Source: an uncultured Chloroflexia bacterium (GTDB lineage Bacteria > Chloroflexota > Limnocylindria > Limnocylindrales > CSP1-4). From it: 64,000 bases of DNA. This document shows positions 10,250 through 21,600 of this stretch, piece by piece. The translations under genes and the position numbers were made by a program. The first letter of the stretch is position 1. Each line of letters begins with the position of its first letter. The stretch is from the NCBI GenBank assembly GCA_963720755.1, contig CAVRGP010000011.1, positions 512,001 to 576,000 on the forward strand. Reading direction: 5' to 3'. The notes under the pieces are model-generated. The model was not told the origin of the DNA. It made no database searches and worked only from the letters and a program-made list of their open reading frames with translations.

Positions 10250-11661
10250 CCATCCGCCTGCATGACACCCTGTCCGGCGAGACGCGCCCGCTCGTGCCGC
10301 TCGAGCCGAGCCGGGTCGGCGTGTACACCTGCGGACCGACCGTCTACGGTCCGGCCCACATCGGGAACTTCCGGACGTTCCTGGCCGCGGACGTGCTCGT
10401 GCGCTACCTCCGTTGGCGAGGCCTGACCGTGACCTGGGTGATGAACATCACCGATGTCGACGACAAGATCATCCGGGGCGCGGCCGCGACAGGGGAGACC
10501 ATGGAGGCCCTGGCGGACCGCTACACCGCCACCTTCCTGGCCGACGCCGCGACGCTTCGGATGACGATGCCTGACGTCCTGCCGCGGGCGACGCGACACA
10601 TCGACGAGATCGTCGGGCTCATCAGTACGCTCCTCGAGCGGGGTCACGCGTATCGGACGGACGATGGATCGATCTTCTTCCGGATCGCATCGTGGCCGCG
10701 TTATGGCCGGCTGGCTCGGCTCGACCCCGAGGGACAGCGGGTGGGGGAGCGCGTCGAGGCCGACGAGTACGGCAAGGACGATGTCCGCGATTTCGCGCTC
10801 TGGAAGGCACCGAAGCCCGGCGAGCCCGTCTGGGAGACGGACATTGGCCTGGGCCGACCCGGCTGGCACATCGAATGCTCGGCGATGAGCATGGCCCACC
10901 TCGGACCGTCATTCGATATCCATACCGGCGGGGTGGACCTCACGTTCCCGCACCACGAGGACGAGATGGCCCAGAGCGAAGCATCGACCGGGCTGCCCTT
11001 CGTCGGCACGTGGTTCCACAGCGCCATGCTCCGGATGAGCGGCGCCAAGATGGCCAGGTCGATCGGTAACATCGCCCGGGTCGACGACATCGTCTCGGGG
11101 GGCATCTCGCCCCGGGCGCTCCGCCTGGCCCTCATCTCGGTCCACTACCGGTCGAGCCTCAACCAGTCGGACGAATCACTCTCAGCGGCGGTGGCCGCGC
11201 TCGACCGCCTGGACGCAGCGGTGGCGGCCCTGGGGGCGTATCGCGGTTCGACCGGCGAGGACGACTCGACCCTCGAGTCACGGCTGACCGCCGCGACCGC
11301 GGCGTTCGTCGCCGCCCTCGATGACGACCTGAACATCTCGGCTGGCCTGGCCGCGGTCTTCGAACTCATCCGCGACCTCAATCGGCGGATGGAGCAGCGC
11401 TCCATGTCGACCGCCGACGCCGGACGTGCCCTCGGGGTCCTCAGGGACCTGGATCAGGTACTCGGCATCCTGGCCGATGCCGAGCAGGAACTCGATCCAG
11501 AACTGTCGGGCCTGCTCGACGAGCGCGCGGCCGCCCGGGCAGCTCGCGACTTCGCCGAGTCCGACCGGCTTCGGGATGTCCTCGCGCTTCGAGGTGTGAC
11601 CGTCGAGGACACCCGTGATGGGCAGCGCTGGCGACGGATCGGGGAGCTCGACCGTGGCTGA
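10246..11661 (+). CDS. cysS: Cysteine--tRNA ligase
   Basis: YTCGPTVY, HIGN, DFALWK, GRPGWHIECSAM, DIHTGGVDL.FPHHE. Confidence 0.95.
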   Translation: MTIRLHDTLSGETRPLVPLEPSRVGVYTCGPTVYGPAHIGNFRTFLAADVLVRYLRWRGLTVTWVMNITDVDDKIIRGAAATGETMEALADRYTATFLADAATLRMTMPDVLPRATRHIDEIVGLISTLLERGHAYRTDDGSIFFRIASWPRYGRLARLDPEGQRVGERVEADEYGKDDVRDFALWKAPKPGEPVWETDIGLGRPGWHIECSAMSMAHLGPSFDIHTGGVDLTFPHHEDEMAQSEASTGLPFVGTWFHSAMLRMSGAKMARSIGNIARVDDIVSGGISPRALRLALISVHYRSSLNQSDESLSAAVAALDRLDAAVAALGAYRGSTGEDDSTLESRLTAATAAFVAALDDDLNISAGLAAVFELIRDLNRRMEQRSMSTADAGRALGVLRDLDQVLGILADAEQELDPELSGLLDERAAARAARDFAESDRLRDVLALRGVTVEDTRDGQRWRRIGELDRG

Positions 11662-13156
11662 CAGGCCGGAAGATCGAGACCACCGGCCCCCGGGCCGAAA
11701 CGGCAAGAAGGCCGGACATCGTTCGGATGGCCGGCAGCCCGGCAGGCCGCCCGGCGCAGGTCGTCGAGGTCGGCCCGGCCCAGGTGGCGACGCCGGCCAC
11801 ACCGGTCCGACGGGCCGTTCGGGCCCCAGGGGTCGATGGGACGACACACCGGGTCCCGGCGATGCAACGCGGCCGATCCGCCCACCGTGGGAACGCCCAC
11901 CGTGGGAACGCCCCGGCCACCGTCCAGTGGACGGCCATGGACCTCGCCACGGTGGTCCATCTCGCGGATCCGGCCGCGATCCAGGCCCGCCAGCCGACCG
12001 CGGGCCGGCTCGACCGCCCGCCGGTCAGGGCGACTGGCGACCACGATCCGATCGCGGCCGACCACCGGGCCCACGCCAGCCATGGGCTCCGCCACCCCGT
12101 CCGGGATGGCCCCCGGGTCCGCCAGGGTACCGACCGGGGATGCGTCCGCCCGGTCTCGGGGCGCCCGCGCCACGCACGCCGGCACCGCTCCCGGCCCCGG
12201 ACCTCCTGGAGCCCGATGAGGCCCTGGTGGCCGGACGTCGCCCGGTCGAGGAAGTGTTCGCATCCGGGCGGACTGCGCTGCGTCTCCTGGTGGTCCCCCA
12301 GCGGCGACAGGCCCTTGAACGACTCGTTCTCCACGCAACCCGGCTCCGGATCCCGATCGTCGAGGTCGAGGGCGGGACACTGACCGCCATCGCCGGGTTC
12401 GACGGCCACCAGGGCGTCGCGGTCGTCGTCGAGCCCCGGAGCTTCGCCACCATCGACGATGTTCTCGCCCGTGCGGCGGAACGTTCGGAGCCGCCGTTCA
12501 TCCTCGTCCTCGATTCGCTCGAGGACCCCCAGAACGTCGGGACGCTGCTCCGGAGCGCTGAGGCGGCCGGGGTGCATGGCGTGTTGTTCCCGACTCGGCG
12601 CCAGGCACCACTCTCTCCGGCCGCCGTGAAGGCCTCGGCGGGCGCCACGGAGCATCTCCTGCTCTGCCCGGTCGACGACCTCCCGGGCGCGCTCGCCGAT
12701 CTGCGGATCCACGGCCTGCGGATCGCGGGATCCGAGGCCGAGGCGCCACTGACCGCTCGACAGACCGACCTGCGCGGGCCGCTGGCCATCGTCGTGGGGA
12801 GCGAGGGCCAGGGCCTGGGGCCGGCCGTCCGTCGACGATGCGATCTGTTGATGCGGATCCCGATGCGCGGCGCGATCGGGTCGCTCAACGCCGCCGTCGC
12901 GGGTTCGGTCCTGCTGTTCGAAGCCGTCGCCCAGCGGGAGCCGGAACCAGGGAGCGCGGTGCCGGTCGCGCCCGAGGCAACGCCCACGCCCGCGGCGGCG
13001 AAGGCGTCGCGCCGGCGCCCGCGGGCGCATTCGACGGAGCCGCGGACGTCGACGCTCGAACAGGCCCCCACGCCCGCGGAGGGTGGCGATCCCGATGTCG
13101 AGCAGGAGCTGCTGCCGGGCGGTCCCGGTCCGGCAGTCGAGCCGGATGCGCCCTGA
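11654..13156 (+). CDS. rlmB: 23S rRNA (Gm2251) 2'-O-methyltransferase RlmB (SPOUT) with long P/G/R-rich N-terminal extension
   Basis: HQGV, LDSLEDPQNVGTLLRSAEA, GSEGQG, SLNAAVA motifs; GTG 11654 after GGGGAG, overlapping cysS stop. Confidence 0.85.
   Translation: MADRPEDRDHRPPGRNGKKAGHRSDGRQPGRPPGAGRRGRPGPGGDAGHTGPTGRSGPRGRWDDTPGPGDATRPIRPPWERPPWERPGHRPVDGHGPRHGGPSRGSGRDPGPPADRGPARPPAGQGDWRPRSDRGRPPGPRQPWAPPPRPGWPPGPPGYRPGMRPPGLGAPAPRTPAPLPAPDLLEPDEALVAGRRPVEEVFASGRTALRLLVVPQRRQALERLVLHATRLRIPIVEVEGGTLTAIAGFDGHQGVAVVVEPRSFATIDDVLARAAERSEPPFILVLDSLEDPQNVGTLLRSAEAAGVHGVLFPTRRQAPLSPAAVKASAGATEHLLLCPVDDLPGALADLRIHGLRIAGSEAEAPLTARQTDLRGPLAIVVGSEGQGLGPAVRRRCDLLMRIPMRGAIGSLNAAVAGSVLLFEAVAQREPEPGSAVPVAPEATPTPAAAKASRRRPRAHSTEPRTSTLEQAPTPAEGGDPDVEQELLPGGPGPAVEPDAP
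11879..11913 (+). repeat. Perfect 15-bp tandem repeat (RPPWE x2.3)
   Basis: cgcccaccgtgggaa cgcccaccgtgggaa cgccc. Confidence 0.9.
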
Positions 13157-13180
13157 CCAGGAGGACCTGAACCGGCACGC

Positions 13181-13210
13181 TTGACCCATCCGGCCGGCGC
13201 GCCCTATCAT
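13181..13210 (+). promoter_or_regulatory. Sigma70-type promoter for the tRNA-tuf operon
   Basis: TTGACC (13181-86), 18-bp spacer, TATCAT (13205-10). Confidence 0.7.
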
Positions 13211-13256
13211 TCCCCGGCGCCGGAAGGGTCATCTGCGGTATGACCCTGCCTGTCGT

Positions 13257-13332
13257 GCCGACGTAGCTCAATTGGTAGAGCAGCGGTTTTGTAAACCGCA
13301 GGTTCCGGGTTCGAGTCCCGTCGTCGGCTCCA
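13257..13332 (+). tRNA. tRNA-Thr(TGT)
   Basis: GCCGACG/CGTCGGC acceptor stem, GCGGT-TT-TGT-AA-ACCGC anticodon arm, TTCGAGT loop, encoded CCA. Confidence 0.95.
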
Positions 13333-13396
13333 GAGCGAAAAGATCCGGTGGCGGATCGCCCGGGCCGCAGGCCGGACACGAAAACGCTGCCACAGT

Positions 13397-13481
13397 GGGT
13401 AGGTTGAGCAGGTGGTGAGCTCCGCTGGCTGTAGACCAGCCGCCTTCGGCTGTGGGGGTTCGATTCCCTCCCTGCCCACCA
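13397..13481 (+). tRNA. tRNA-Tyr(GTA)
   Basis: GGGTAGG/CCTGCCC acceptor stem, GCTGG-CT-GTA-GA-CCAGC, long variable arm GCCTTCGGC, encoded CCA. Confidence 0.93.
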
Positions 13482-13506
13482 ATACAGCGAAAGTGATCGG
13501 TCCCGG

Positions 13507-13582
13507 GCCCACATAGCTCAGCTGGCAGAGCACTTCCTTGGTAAGGAAGAGGTCATCGGTTCGAGTCCGATTGTGGGCTCCA
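13507..13582 (+). tRNA. tRNA-Thr(GGT)
   Basis: GCCCACA/TGTGGGC acceptor stem, CTTCC-TT-GGT-AA-GGAAG, encoded CCA. Confidence 0.95.
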
Positions 13583-13657
13583 CGCCCAGGCGGCCCGAAA
13601 GCCCCCTGAAGTCGACACAGCGGCGAAGCCGCGCCTGGTAAGGAGTGAAACGGTCTC

Positions 13658-14861
<1,204 letters not shown>

Positions 14862-14869
<8 letters not shown>

Positions 14870-15026
14870 AGTCGAAGCTCGTCCGACGATCCAGCTCGCT
14901 TGCACCGAGTGCAAGGAGCGGACCTACACGACGCGCAAGAACAAACGGAACGACCCCAACCGCCTGGAGCTTCAGAAATACTGTCCACGCTGCCGACGAC
15001 ATACACTTCACCGCGAGGCGAAGTAG
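14862..15026 (+). CDS. rpmG: 50S ribosomal protein L33 (Zn-binding type)
   Basis: [41 protein letters not shown]. Confidence 0.95.
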
Positions 15027-15041
15027 GCAGGCGAGCCCCAC

Positions 15042-15117
15042 AGGGGTGTAGCTCAATTGGCAGAGCACTGGTCTCCAAAACCAGCGGTTGTAGGTTCGAG
15101 TCCTATCGCCCCTGCCA
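15042..15117 (+). tRNA. tRNA-Trp(CCA)
   Basis: AGGGGTG/CGCCCCT acceptor stem, CTGGT-CT-CCA-AA-ACCAG, encoded CCA; usual position before secE. Confidence 0.95.
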
Positions 15118-15155
15118 CTTCACTTCCGTAGCCCGAGAGAAGAAGAACCACTGAC

Positions 15156-15338
15156 GTGACCCGCATCCGCCGTTACTTCGACGAAGTCTGGTCCGAGCTC
15201 CGCAAGGTCTCGTGGCCGACGCGCGAGCATGTCCGGAACCTCACGGTCCTGGTCTTCGCGATCAGCCTGGTGGTCGGCATCTACATCGCGTTCTGGGACG
15301 CCATCTTCCAGAACGTCATCGCGTTCATCGCGGGCTAG
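15156..15338 (+). CDS. secE: Preprotein translocase SecE (single TM)
   Basis: ELRKVSWPTR motif followed by one TM helix. Confidence 0.93.
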   Translation: MTRIRRYFDEVWSELRKVSWPTREHVRNLTVLVFAISLVVGIYIAFWDAIFQNVIAFIAG

Positions 15339-15344
15339 GGACGA

Positions 15345-15917
15345 ATGATGACCGAAACGACGACCGAGACCAAAGCCGAGAAGCGCTGGTATGTGATCCA
15401 TACCTACTCAGGCTATGAGAACAAGGTGAAGGCCAACCTCGAACACCGCATCGAATCGATGGGGATGGAAGACAAGATCTTCCAGGTCCTCGTCCCGATG
15501 GAGGACGAGATCGAGATCCGCCAGGGTCAGCGCCACACCGTCCAGAAGAAGGTCTATCCCGGGTACGTGCTCGTCGAGATGATCCTCGATCCGGACAGCT
15601 GGTTCGTCGTCCGCAACACGCCGGGCGTGACCAGCTTCGTCGGCGGGGCCAACATCCCGGGCGTTCGCAGCGAGCCGATCCCGCTCGACGAGAACGAAGT
15701 CAAGCAGATCCTGCGGCACATGGGCGTGGAGACGCCGAAGTACCGCGTCGCATTCACCAAGGGCCAGAGCGTCCGGGTCACCGACGGGCCGTTCGCCGAA
15801 TTCATCGGCACGGTCGACGAGGTCAACCCCGAGCGCAACAAGGTCAAGGTCCTGGTGAGCATCTTCGGCCGCGAGACCCCGGTCGAACTCGACTTCCTGC
15901 AGGTCGAGAAGCTCTAA
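15345..15917 (+). CDS. nusG: Transcription factor NusG
   Basis: [41 protein letters not shown]. Confidence 0.97.
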   Translation: MMTETTTETKAEKRWYVIHTYSGYENKVKANLEHRIESMGMEDKIFQVLVPMEDEIEIRQGQRHTVQKKVYPGYVLVEMILDPDSWFVVRNTPGVTSFVGGANIPGVRSEPIPLDENEVKQILRHMGVETPKYRVAFTKGQSVRVTDGPFAEFIGTVDEVNPERNKVKVLVSIFGRETPVELDFLQVEKL

Positions 15918-15936
15918 GAAAGGAACCCTGACACCC

Positions 15937-16362
15937 GTGGCCAAGAAGATCCGCATCGTCCTGACCCTGCAGTTGCCGGCTGGCAAGGCGACCCCCGCCC
16001 CGCCTGTCGGCACCGCCCTGGGCCCGCACGGCATCAACATCGTCGAGTTCACCAAGTCCTACAACGAGAAGACCGCCGACAAGGCCGGCCAGATCATCCC
16101 GGCCCAGATCACGATCTTCGAGGATCGGTCGTTCTCGTTCATCCTCAAGACGCCACCGGCGGCCGACCTCCTGCGCAAAGCGGCCGGCGTCGAGAAGGGC
16201 GCGGTCGCCACCCGCCGGGAGACGGTCGGCCGAGTCACCCGAGACCAGGTCCGCGAGATCGCGGGCATCAAGATGGCCGATCTCAACGCCAACGACGTCG
16301 ATGCGGCGATGCGCCAGATCGAAGGAACGGCCCGGAGCATGGGCATCGAGGTCATCGGCTAG
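15937..16362 (+). CDS. rplK: 50S ribosomal protein L11
   Basis: [23 protein letters not shown]. Confidence 0.97.
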   Translation: MAKKIRIVLTLQLPAGKATPAPPVGTALGPHGINIVEFTKSYNEKTADKAGQIIPAQITIFEDRSFSFILKTPPAADLLRKAAGVEKGAVATRRETVGRVTRDQVREIAGIKMADLNANDVDAAMRQIEGTARSMGIEVIG

Positions 16363-16417
16363 CCGATCGCACCGCGCCGCGGCGACGCTCGATTCGCCGA
16401 ACGAGGACCCCACGAGA

Positions 16418-16446
16418 CGGGGGAGATCGAGCCAGGCTCGACCGCA
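16418..16446 (+). promoter_or_regulatory. Putative L1-binding autoregulatory RNA upstream of rplA
   Basis: GGGAG + stem TCGAGC/GCTCGA + ACC, resembling the L1 binding site found between rplK and rplA in several phyla. Confidence 0.5.
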
Positions 16447-16462
16447 AGAAGGGAACGTGGAC

Positions 16463-17167
16463 ATGGCACACGGCAAGAAGTATTCCGAGGTCGCGAAGCT
16501 CGTCGATCGCGAGCAGATCTACGCCCCGCTGGCCGCGGCGGAACTGGTCAAGGAGACGACCTACGTCGCGTTCGACGCCACCGTCGAGGCGCATCTCCGA
16601 CTCGGTGTCGATCCTCGGCATGCGGACCAGATGGTCCGCGGCACGGTCGTCCTGCCGCACGGCACGGGCAAGGTCGTCCGGGTCGCCGTCTTCGCCCAGG
16701 GTGAGAAGGCGCAGGAAGCGCTTCGGGCCGGGGCCGACGAGGTCGGTGGCGAGGATCTGGTGAAGAAGATCGAAGCTGGCTGGCTCGAGTTCGATGTCGC
16801 CATCGCGACGCCTGATTCGATGGGGCTGGTCGGCAAGCTCGGGAAGATCCTGGGTCGGCGTGGCCTGATGCCGAACCCGAAGGCCGGGACGATCACCTTC
16901 GATGTCGACCGGGCGGTGCGGGAGGTCAAGGGCGGCCGTGTCGAGTTCCGGGTCGACAAGAGCGCCATCGTCCATGCTCCGGTCGGCAAGAGCAGCTTCG
17001 AGCCGGCGGACCTCGTCGACAACCTGGCTGCCCTGGTGGACGCCATCAACCGGGCCAAGCCCGCCGGGTCCAAGGGTCAGTACATCCGGGGCCTGACCAT
17101 CGCCAGCACGATGGGCCCGGGGATCCGGGTCGACGTGCCCGCCGTTCTTGCGGCCGCGGTCGCCTAG
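16463..17167 (+). CDS. rplA: 50S ribosomal protein L1
   Basis: [40 protein letters not shown]. Confidence 0.97.
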   Translation: MAHGKKYSEVAKLVDREQIYAPLAAAELVKETTYVAFDATVEAHLRLGVDPRHADQMVRGTVVLPHGTGKVVRVAVFAQGEKAQEALRAGADEVGGEDLVKKIEAGWLEFDVAIATPDSMGLVGKLGKILGRRGLMPNPKAGTITFDVDRAVREVKGGRVEFRVDKSAIVHAPVGKSSFEPADLVDNLAALVDAINRAKPAGSKGQYIRGLTIASTMGPGIRVDVPAVLAAAVA

Positions 17168-17250
17168 TCACCATCCAGGGGCCGGCGCCAGCCGGTCATC
17201 AACCACGGTGGCGGTCGAGAGGCGCGTCACCTGACCATACAGACGAAACC

Positions 17251-17382
17251 GCCGCAGACAGCCTGCGCCCGCGGGTTCGCCAGCGCCCAAGCGCTGACGA
17301 CCGGGGCTTGATCCGTCGGACCGGATCGATCAGTTGCCCAGACTGGGTCGCCGATCGGGGACGCCGACGAGCACGCCGAGGC
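17251..17382 (+). promoter_or_regulatory. L10 leader (rplJL autoregulatory RNA)
   Basis: 5' arm GCCGCAGACAGCCTGC and 3' arm GCACGCCGAGGC match the AGACAG...CCGAGG core, upstream of rplJ. Confidence 0.6.
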
Positions 17383-17510
17383 AGACGCGCCGCTCCACCC
17401 AACGGTGGGACGCGCTCCTGCGAGTGGGGGACGTCGCAGGGGCCGGCCGGTCAAGTGATCGGCGACCCACCGTCGCACGCCGGTCGCGTGCCGGAAGAAG
17501 GAGCAGGCAT

Positions 17511-18041
17511 ATGCCGACGGAGGCCAAACGAGCGACCGTCGCCGAGCTGCGCGAAGAACTCGCCAAGGCGCGGACGATGATCGTGTCCGAATATCGCGGC
17601 CTCGACGTGAAGGAGATCGCCGAGATCCGGCGAAACCTGCGCAAGCAGGACGTGACCTACCGGGTCGTCAAGAACCGGTTGATGCGGATCGCCGCCGAGG
17701 GTTCGGTCGGTGATGCCCTGAGTCCATTGCTGGTCGGCCCGACCGCGATCGCCTTCGGCACCGACGAGGCCTCCACGGCCAAAGCGGTCATCGATGCCAC
17801 CCGCCCGTATGCGCGGGTCGTCCGGATCACCGGCGGCGTGCTCGGGGACCGGGCCATCGGCGCCGACGACGTGACCCGCCTGGCCGCCCTGCCGTCGCGC
17901 GACGTCCTGCTGGCCAAGTTGGCCGGTGGGATGCAGGCACCGGTCGGGACCCTTGCCGGTCTGTTCGCCGCCCCGCTGCGCAACCTGGGTTATGCCCTGC
18001 AGCAGGTCGCCGATCAGAAGGCTGCCGAGTCGGGGGCCTAG
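17511..18041 (+). CDS. rplJ: 50S ribosomal protein L10
   Basis: [36 protein letters not shown]; SD AAGGAG. Confidence 0.95.
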   Translation: MPTEAKRATVAELREELAKARTMIVSEYRGLDVKEIAEIRRNLRKQDVTYRVVKNRLMRIAAEGSVGDALSPLLVGPTAIAFGTDEASTAKAVIDATRPYARVVRITGGVLGDRAIGADDVTRLAALPSRDVLLAKLAGGMQAPVGTLAGLFAAPLRNLGYALQQVADQKAAESGA

Positions 18042-18094
18042 ACCGTCCAGGCTCGCTCACACCACCTCACCAGACACGACACAAGGAGAACACC

Positions 18095-18487
18095 ATGGCT
18101 GTCCTGACCCAGGATGATCTGCTCGAAGCGATCGACAAGATGACCGTCCTCGAGCTGTCCGAATTCATCAAGCGCTTCGAGGAGCGGTATGGCGTCACCG
18201 CTGCCGCCCCGGCCGCTGCCGCTGCCCCCGCCGCGGCCGCGGGAGCCTCTGAGGCCGTCGCGGCCCCAGAGGAGCAGACCGAGTTCACCGTGACTCTGAC
18301 CGAGATCGGGCCGAACAAGATCCCGGTCATCAAGGTCGTTCGCGAGCTGACCGGGCTGGGCCTCAAGGAGGCCAAGGACGTGGTCGATGCCGCGCCCAAG
18401 GCCGTCAAGGAAGGCGTCACGAAGGACGAGGCCGAGAAGATCAAGGCCGCCCTCGAGGAGCAGGGAGCCAAGGCCGAGATCAAGTAG
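18095..18487 (+). CDS. rplL: 50S ribosomal protein L7/L12
   Basis: TVLELSE, Ala-rich hinge, [18 protein letters not shown]. Confidence 0.97.
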   Translation: MAVLTQDDLLEAIDKMTVLELSEFIKRFEERYGVTAAAPAAAAAPAAAAGASEAVAAPEEQTEFTVTLTEIGPNKIPVIKVVRELTGLGLKEAKDVVDAAPKAVKEGVTKDEAEKIKAALEEQGAKAEIK

Positions 18488-18583
18488 TGCCGGCGCCGGG
18501 CGGCGCATCCGTGCGTTGCCCGGCGACCCCACGGGTCAGCTTGGTTGCGGACGGATCCAGGTCCCTAGCATCTCTGAAGGCGT

Positions 18584-18611
18584 TTGACAAGATGCGAAAT
18601 CGCGGTATCCT
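18584..18611 (+). promoter_or_regulatory. Sigma70-type promoter for rpoBC
   Basis: TTGACA (18584-89), 16-bp spacer, TATCCT (18606-11). Confidence 0.55.
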
Positions 18612-18672
18612 ACTCCTTCTGTGAGCCCGGCCTCTCTTTTCCCTTTCTACCTCCGTCAAGGAGTGGTGCTTC

Positions 18673-21600
18673 ATGCTGTCTGCTGAGTCTTTGACTCGCG
18701 CCCGGACCCCATCGGGTCGCATCTCGTATGCCCACATCGATCGCAAGGTCGACGGGATCAGTTACGAGAAGTTCGAGATCCCCAACCTGATCGAGCTGCA
18801 GCTCGACTCGTTTGCCTGGTTCGTCGAGCACGGCCTGCGGGACCTGCTTGATGAGATCAGTCCGATCAAGGACTTCACGGGCAAGGTCATGGAGCTCGAA
18901 TTCCTTGACTACGAGTTCGGCGCTCCGAAGTACTCCGAGGAGGAATGCCGGACGAAGGACCTGACGTTCAGCAAGCCGCTCTACGTCAACGTCGAACTCC
19001 TGATCAAGGAAACCGGCGAGATCCAGCGCCAGCGGGTGTACATGGGCGACTACCCGTGGATGACCGACCAGGGGACCTTCGTCATCAACGGCGCTGAGCG
19101 TGTCGTCGTCAGCCAGTTGGTCCGCTCACCGGGCGTCTACTACAGCGAGACGGAGGACCCGGCATCCGGCCGGATGCTCTTCAGCGCGAAGGTCATCCCG
19201 AACCGAGGCGCCTGGCTGGAGTTCGAGACCAACAACAAGGACCAGCTCTGGGTCAAGGTGGATCGCAAGCGCAAGATCGCGGCGACGACCCTGCTCCGCG
19301 CCGTCGGGTACGAAGAGAACGACGAGATCGCAGCGCTGTTCAGCCCGGTCGATGTCGACCTGGAGCATCCGTATATCGCCGCAACGCTGGACAAGGACCT
19401 GACCCACACCCAGGGCGAGGCCCTGATCGAGGTCTACAAGAAGCTTCGGCCCGGCGATCCGCCCACCGGCGACAATGCCCGCCAGCTGGTCGAGAGCCTG
19501 TTCTTCAACTTCCGGCGCTACGACCTCGGCCGGGTCGGCCGGTACAAGTTCAACAAGAAGCTGGATTCGGTGGCCGGGCGGCTCAACATCGAACTGCCGC
19601 GTGAGGGCCGGACGATCACCCGCGAGGACATCGCGGCGATCGTCGGACATCTCATCGAATGCAACCGGGGACTGCACCCGAAGGACGACATCGACCATCT
19701 CGGCAACCGCCGGATCCGGGCCAACGGCGAGCTGATCCAGAACGCGTTCCGGATCGGCCTGCTCCGCATGGAGCGCGTCGTCCGTGAGCGGATGACGATC
19801 CAGGAACTGGACAAGGCGACCCCGAATGCCCTGATCAACATCCGGCCGGTCGTCGCCGCGATGAAGGAATTCTTCGGTGGCAGCCAGCTCAGCCAGTTCA
19901 TGGACCAGACCAACCCGCTCGCCGAGCTGACCAGCAAGCGTCGCCTGTCGGCCCTCGGACCGGGTGGCCTGTCCCGCGAGCGAGCCGGTTTCGACGTCCG
20001 AGACGTCCACCACAGCCACTACGGCCGGATCTGCCCGATCGAGACGCCGGAAGGTCCGAACATCGGCCTGATCGGCTCGCTTGCGACCTATGGTCGGATC
20101 AACAGCTACGGCTTCATCGAAACGCCGTACCGCCGGGTCAAGCGAACCGTCAGTTACGAGGATGCGGACCTCACCCGGTACGAGGCCGGAGACGACCTCG
20201 TGACGAAGAGTGGGGACGTGGTCCTCGCGGCGGGCAAGTCGTTCGACGCGAAGGCCGTGGCGGAACTCAAGAAGCAGAAGGCCCGGGCATTCCCGATCCG
20301 TCCGGTCGTGACCGACGAGATCCATTACATGCCGGCCGATGAGGAAGAGGAGCACGTCGTCGCCCAGGCCAATGCGCCGCTCGACGACGAGGGTCACTTC
20401 ACCGCTGAGCGGATCCCGTCGCGCTATCGCGACACGTTCCCGGAGGCACGCGCCAGCCAGATCGAATACATGGATGTATCCCCGAAACAGGTCGTTTCGG
20501 TGGCCACGGCGCTCATCCCGTTCCTCGAGCACGACGACGCCAACCGGGCCCTGATGGGTTCGAACATGCAGCGCCAGGCAGTCCCACTGCTCGAACCCGA
20601 ATCGCCGATCGTCGGCACGGGGATGGAGGAGCGGGCGGCTCGAGACTCCGGCCAGGTCCTCGTCGCCAAGCGCGGCGGGCTGATCACCAGCGTCACGGCG
20701 GAGCGGATCCACATCGAGACCGATGCCGGCGAACTCGACGAGTACAAGCTGCTGAAGTTCGTGCGCAGCAACCAGGGCACGTGCATCAATCAACGCCCCA
20801 TCGTCAACGTCGGTGATCGGGTGGCGGACGGTCAGCCGTTGGCCGACTCCAGCTCGACCCAGCTGGGCGAGCTCGCGCTCGGGCGCAACATCCTGGTCGC
20901 GTTCATGAGCTGGGAGGGCGGCAACTACGAGGACGCCATCGTCATCAGCGATCGCCTCGTCCGCGACGACCTCTTCACCAGCATCCACATCGAGAAGCAC
21001 GAGATGGAGTCGCGGGACACCAAGCTCGGCCCCGAAGAGATCACCCGCGACATCCCCAACGTCGGCGAGGAGTCCCTCAAGGACCTCGACGAGGAAGGGA
21101 TCGTCTACATCGGGGCGGAAGTCCGGCCCGGTGACATCCTCGTCGGCAAGATCACGCCGAAGGGCGAGACCGAGCTGACCGCCGAGGAGCGCCTCCTGCG
21201 GGCCATCTTCGGCGAGAAGGCTCGCGAGGTGAAGGACAGTTCGCTGCGCCTGCCCCACGGGGAGCGCGGCAAGGTCGTCGAGGTCCGCGAGTTCCGCCGA
21301 GAGCTGAACGACGACCTGCAGCCCGGCGTCAATCGACTCGTCCGGGTGTCGGTCGCCCAGAAGCGCAAGATCAGCGTCGGCGACAAGATGGCCGGCCGCC
21401 ACGGCAACAAGGGGGTCATCGCCAAGATCCTGCCGGCCGAGGACATGCCCTTCCTCCCGGATGGGACCCCGGTCGACATCATCCTCAATCCACTCGGCGT
21501 GCCGAGCCGGATGAATATCGGCCAGATCCTCGAGACCCACCTTGGCTGGGCGCTCCACGCCAAGGGCCTGAAGGCCGCCACGGCGGTGTTCGACGGCGCC

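Noticed and set aside
13333-13396. Possible degenerate tRNA between tRNA-Thr and tRNA-Tyr
   Set aside because: No TTCG T-loop, acceptor stem or D-arm; only small hairpins
16301-17510. Extended N-termini of L1 and L10 (also tuf2, L5, S8, RadA, ClpC) in the ORF track
   Set aside because: Longest-ORF artefacts; SD-supported downstream starts match the conserved N-termini
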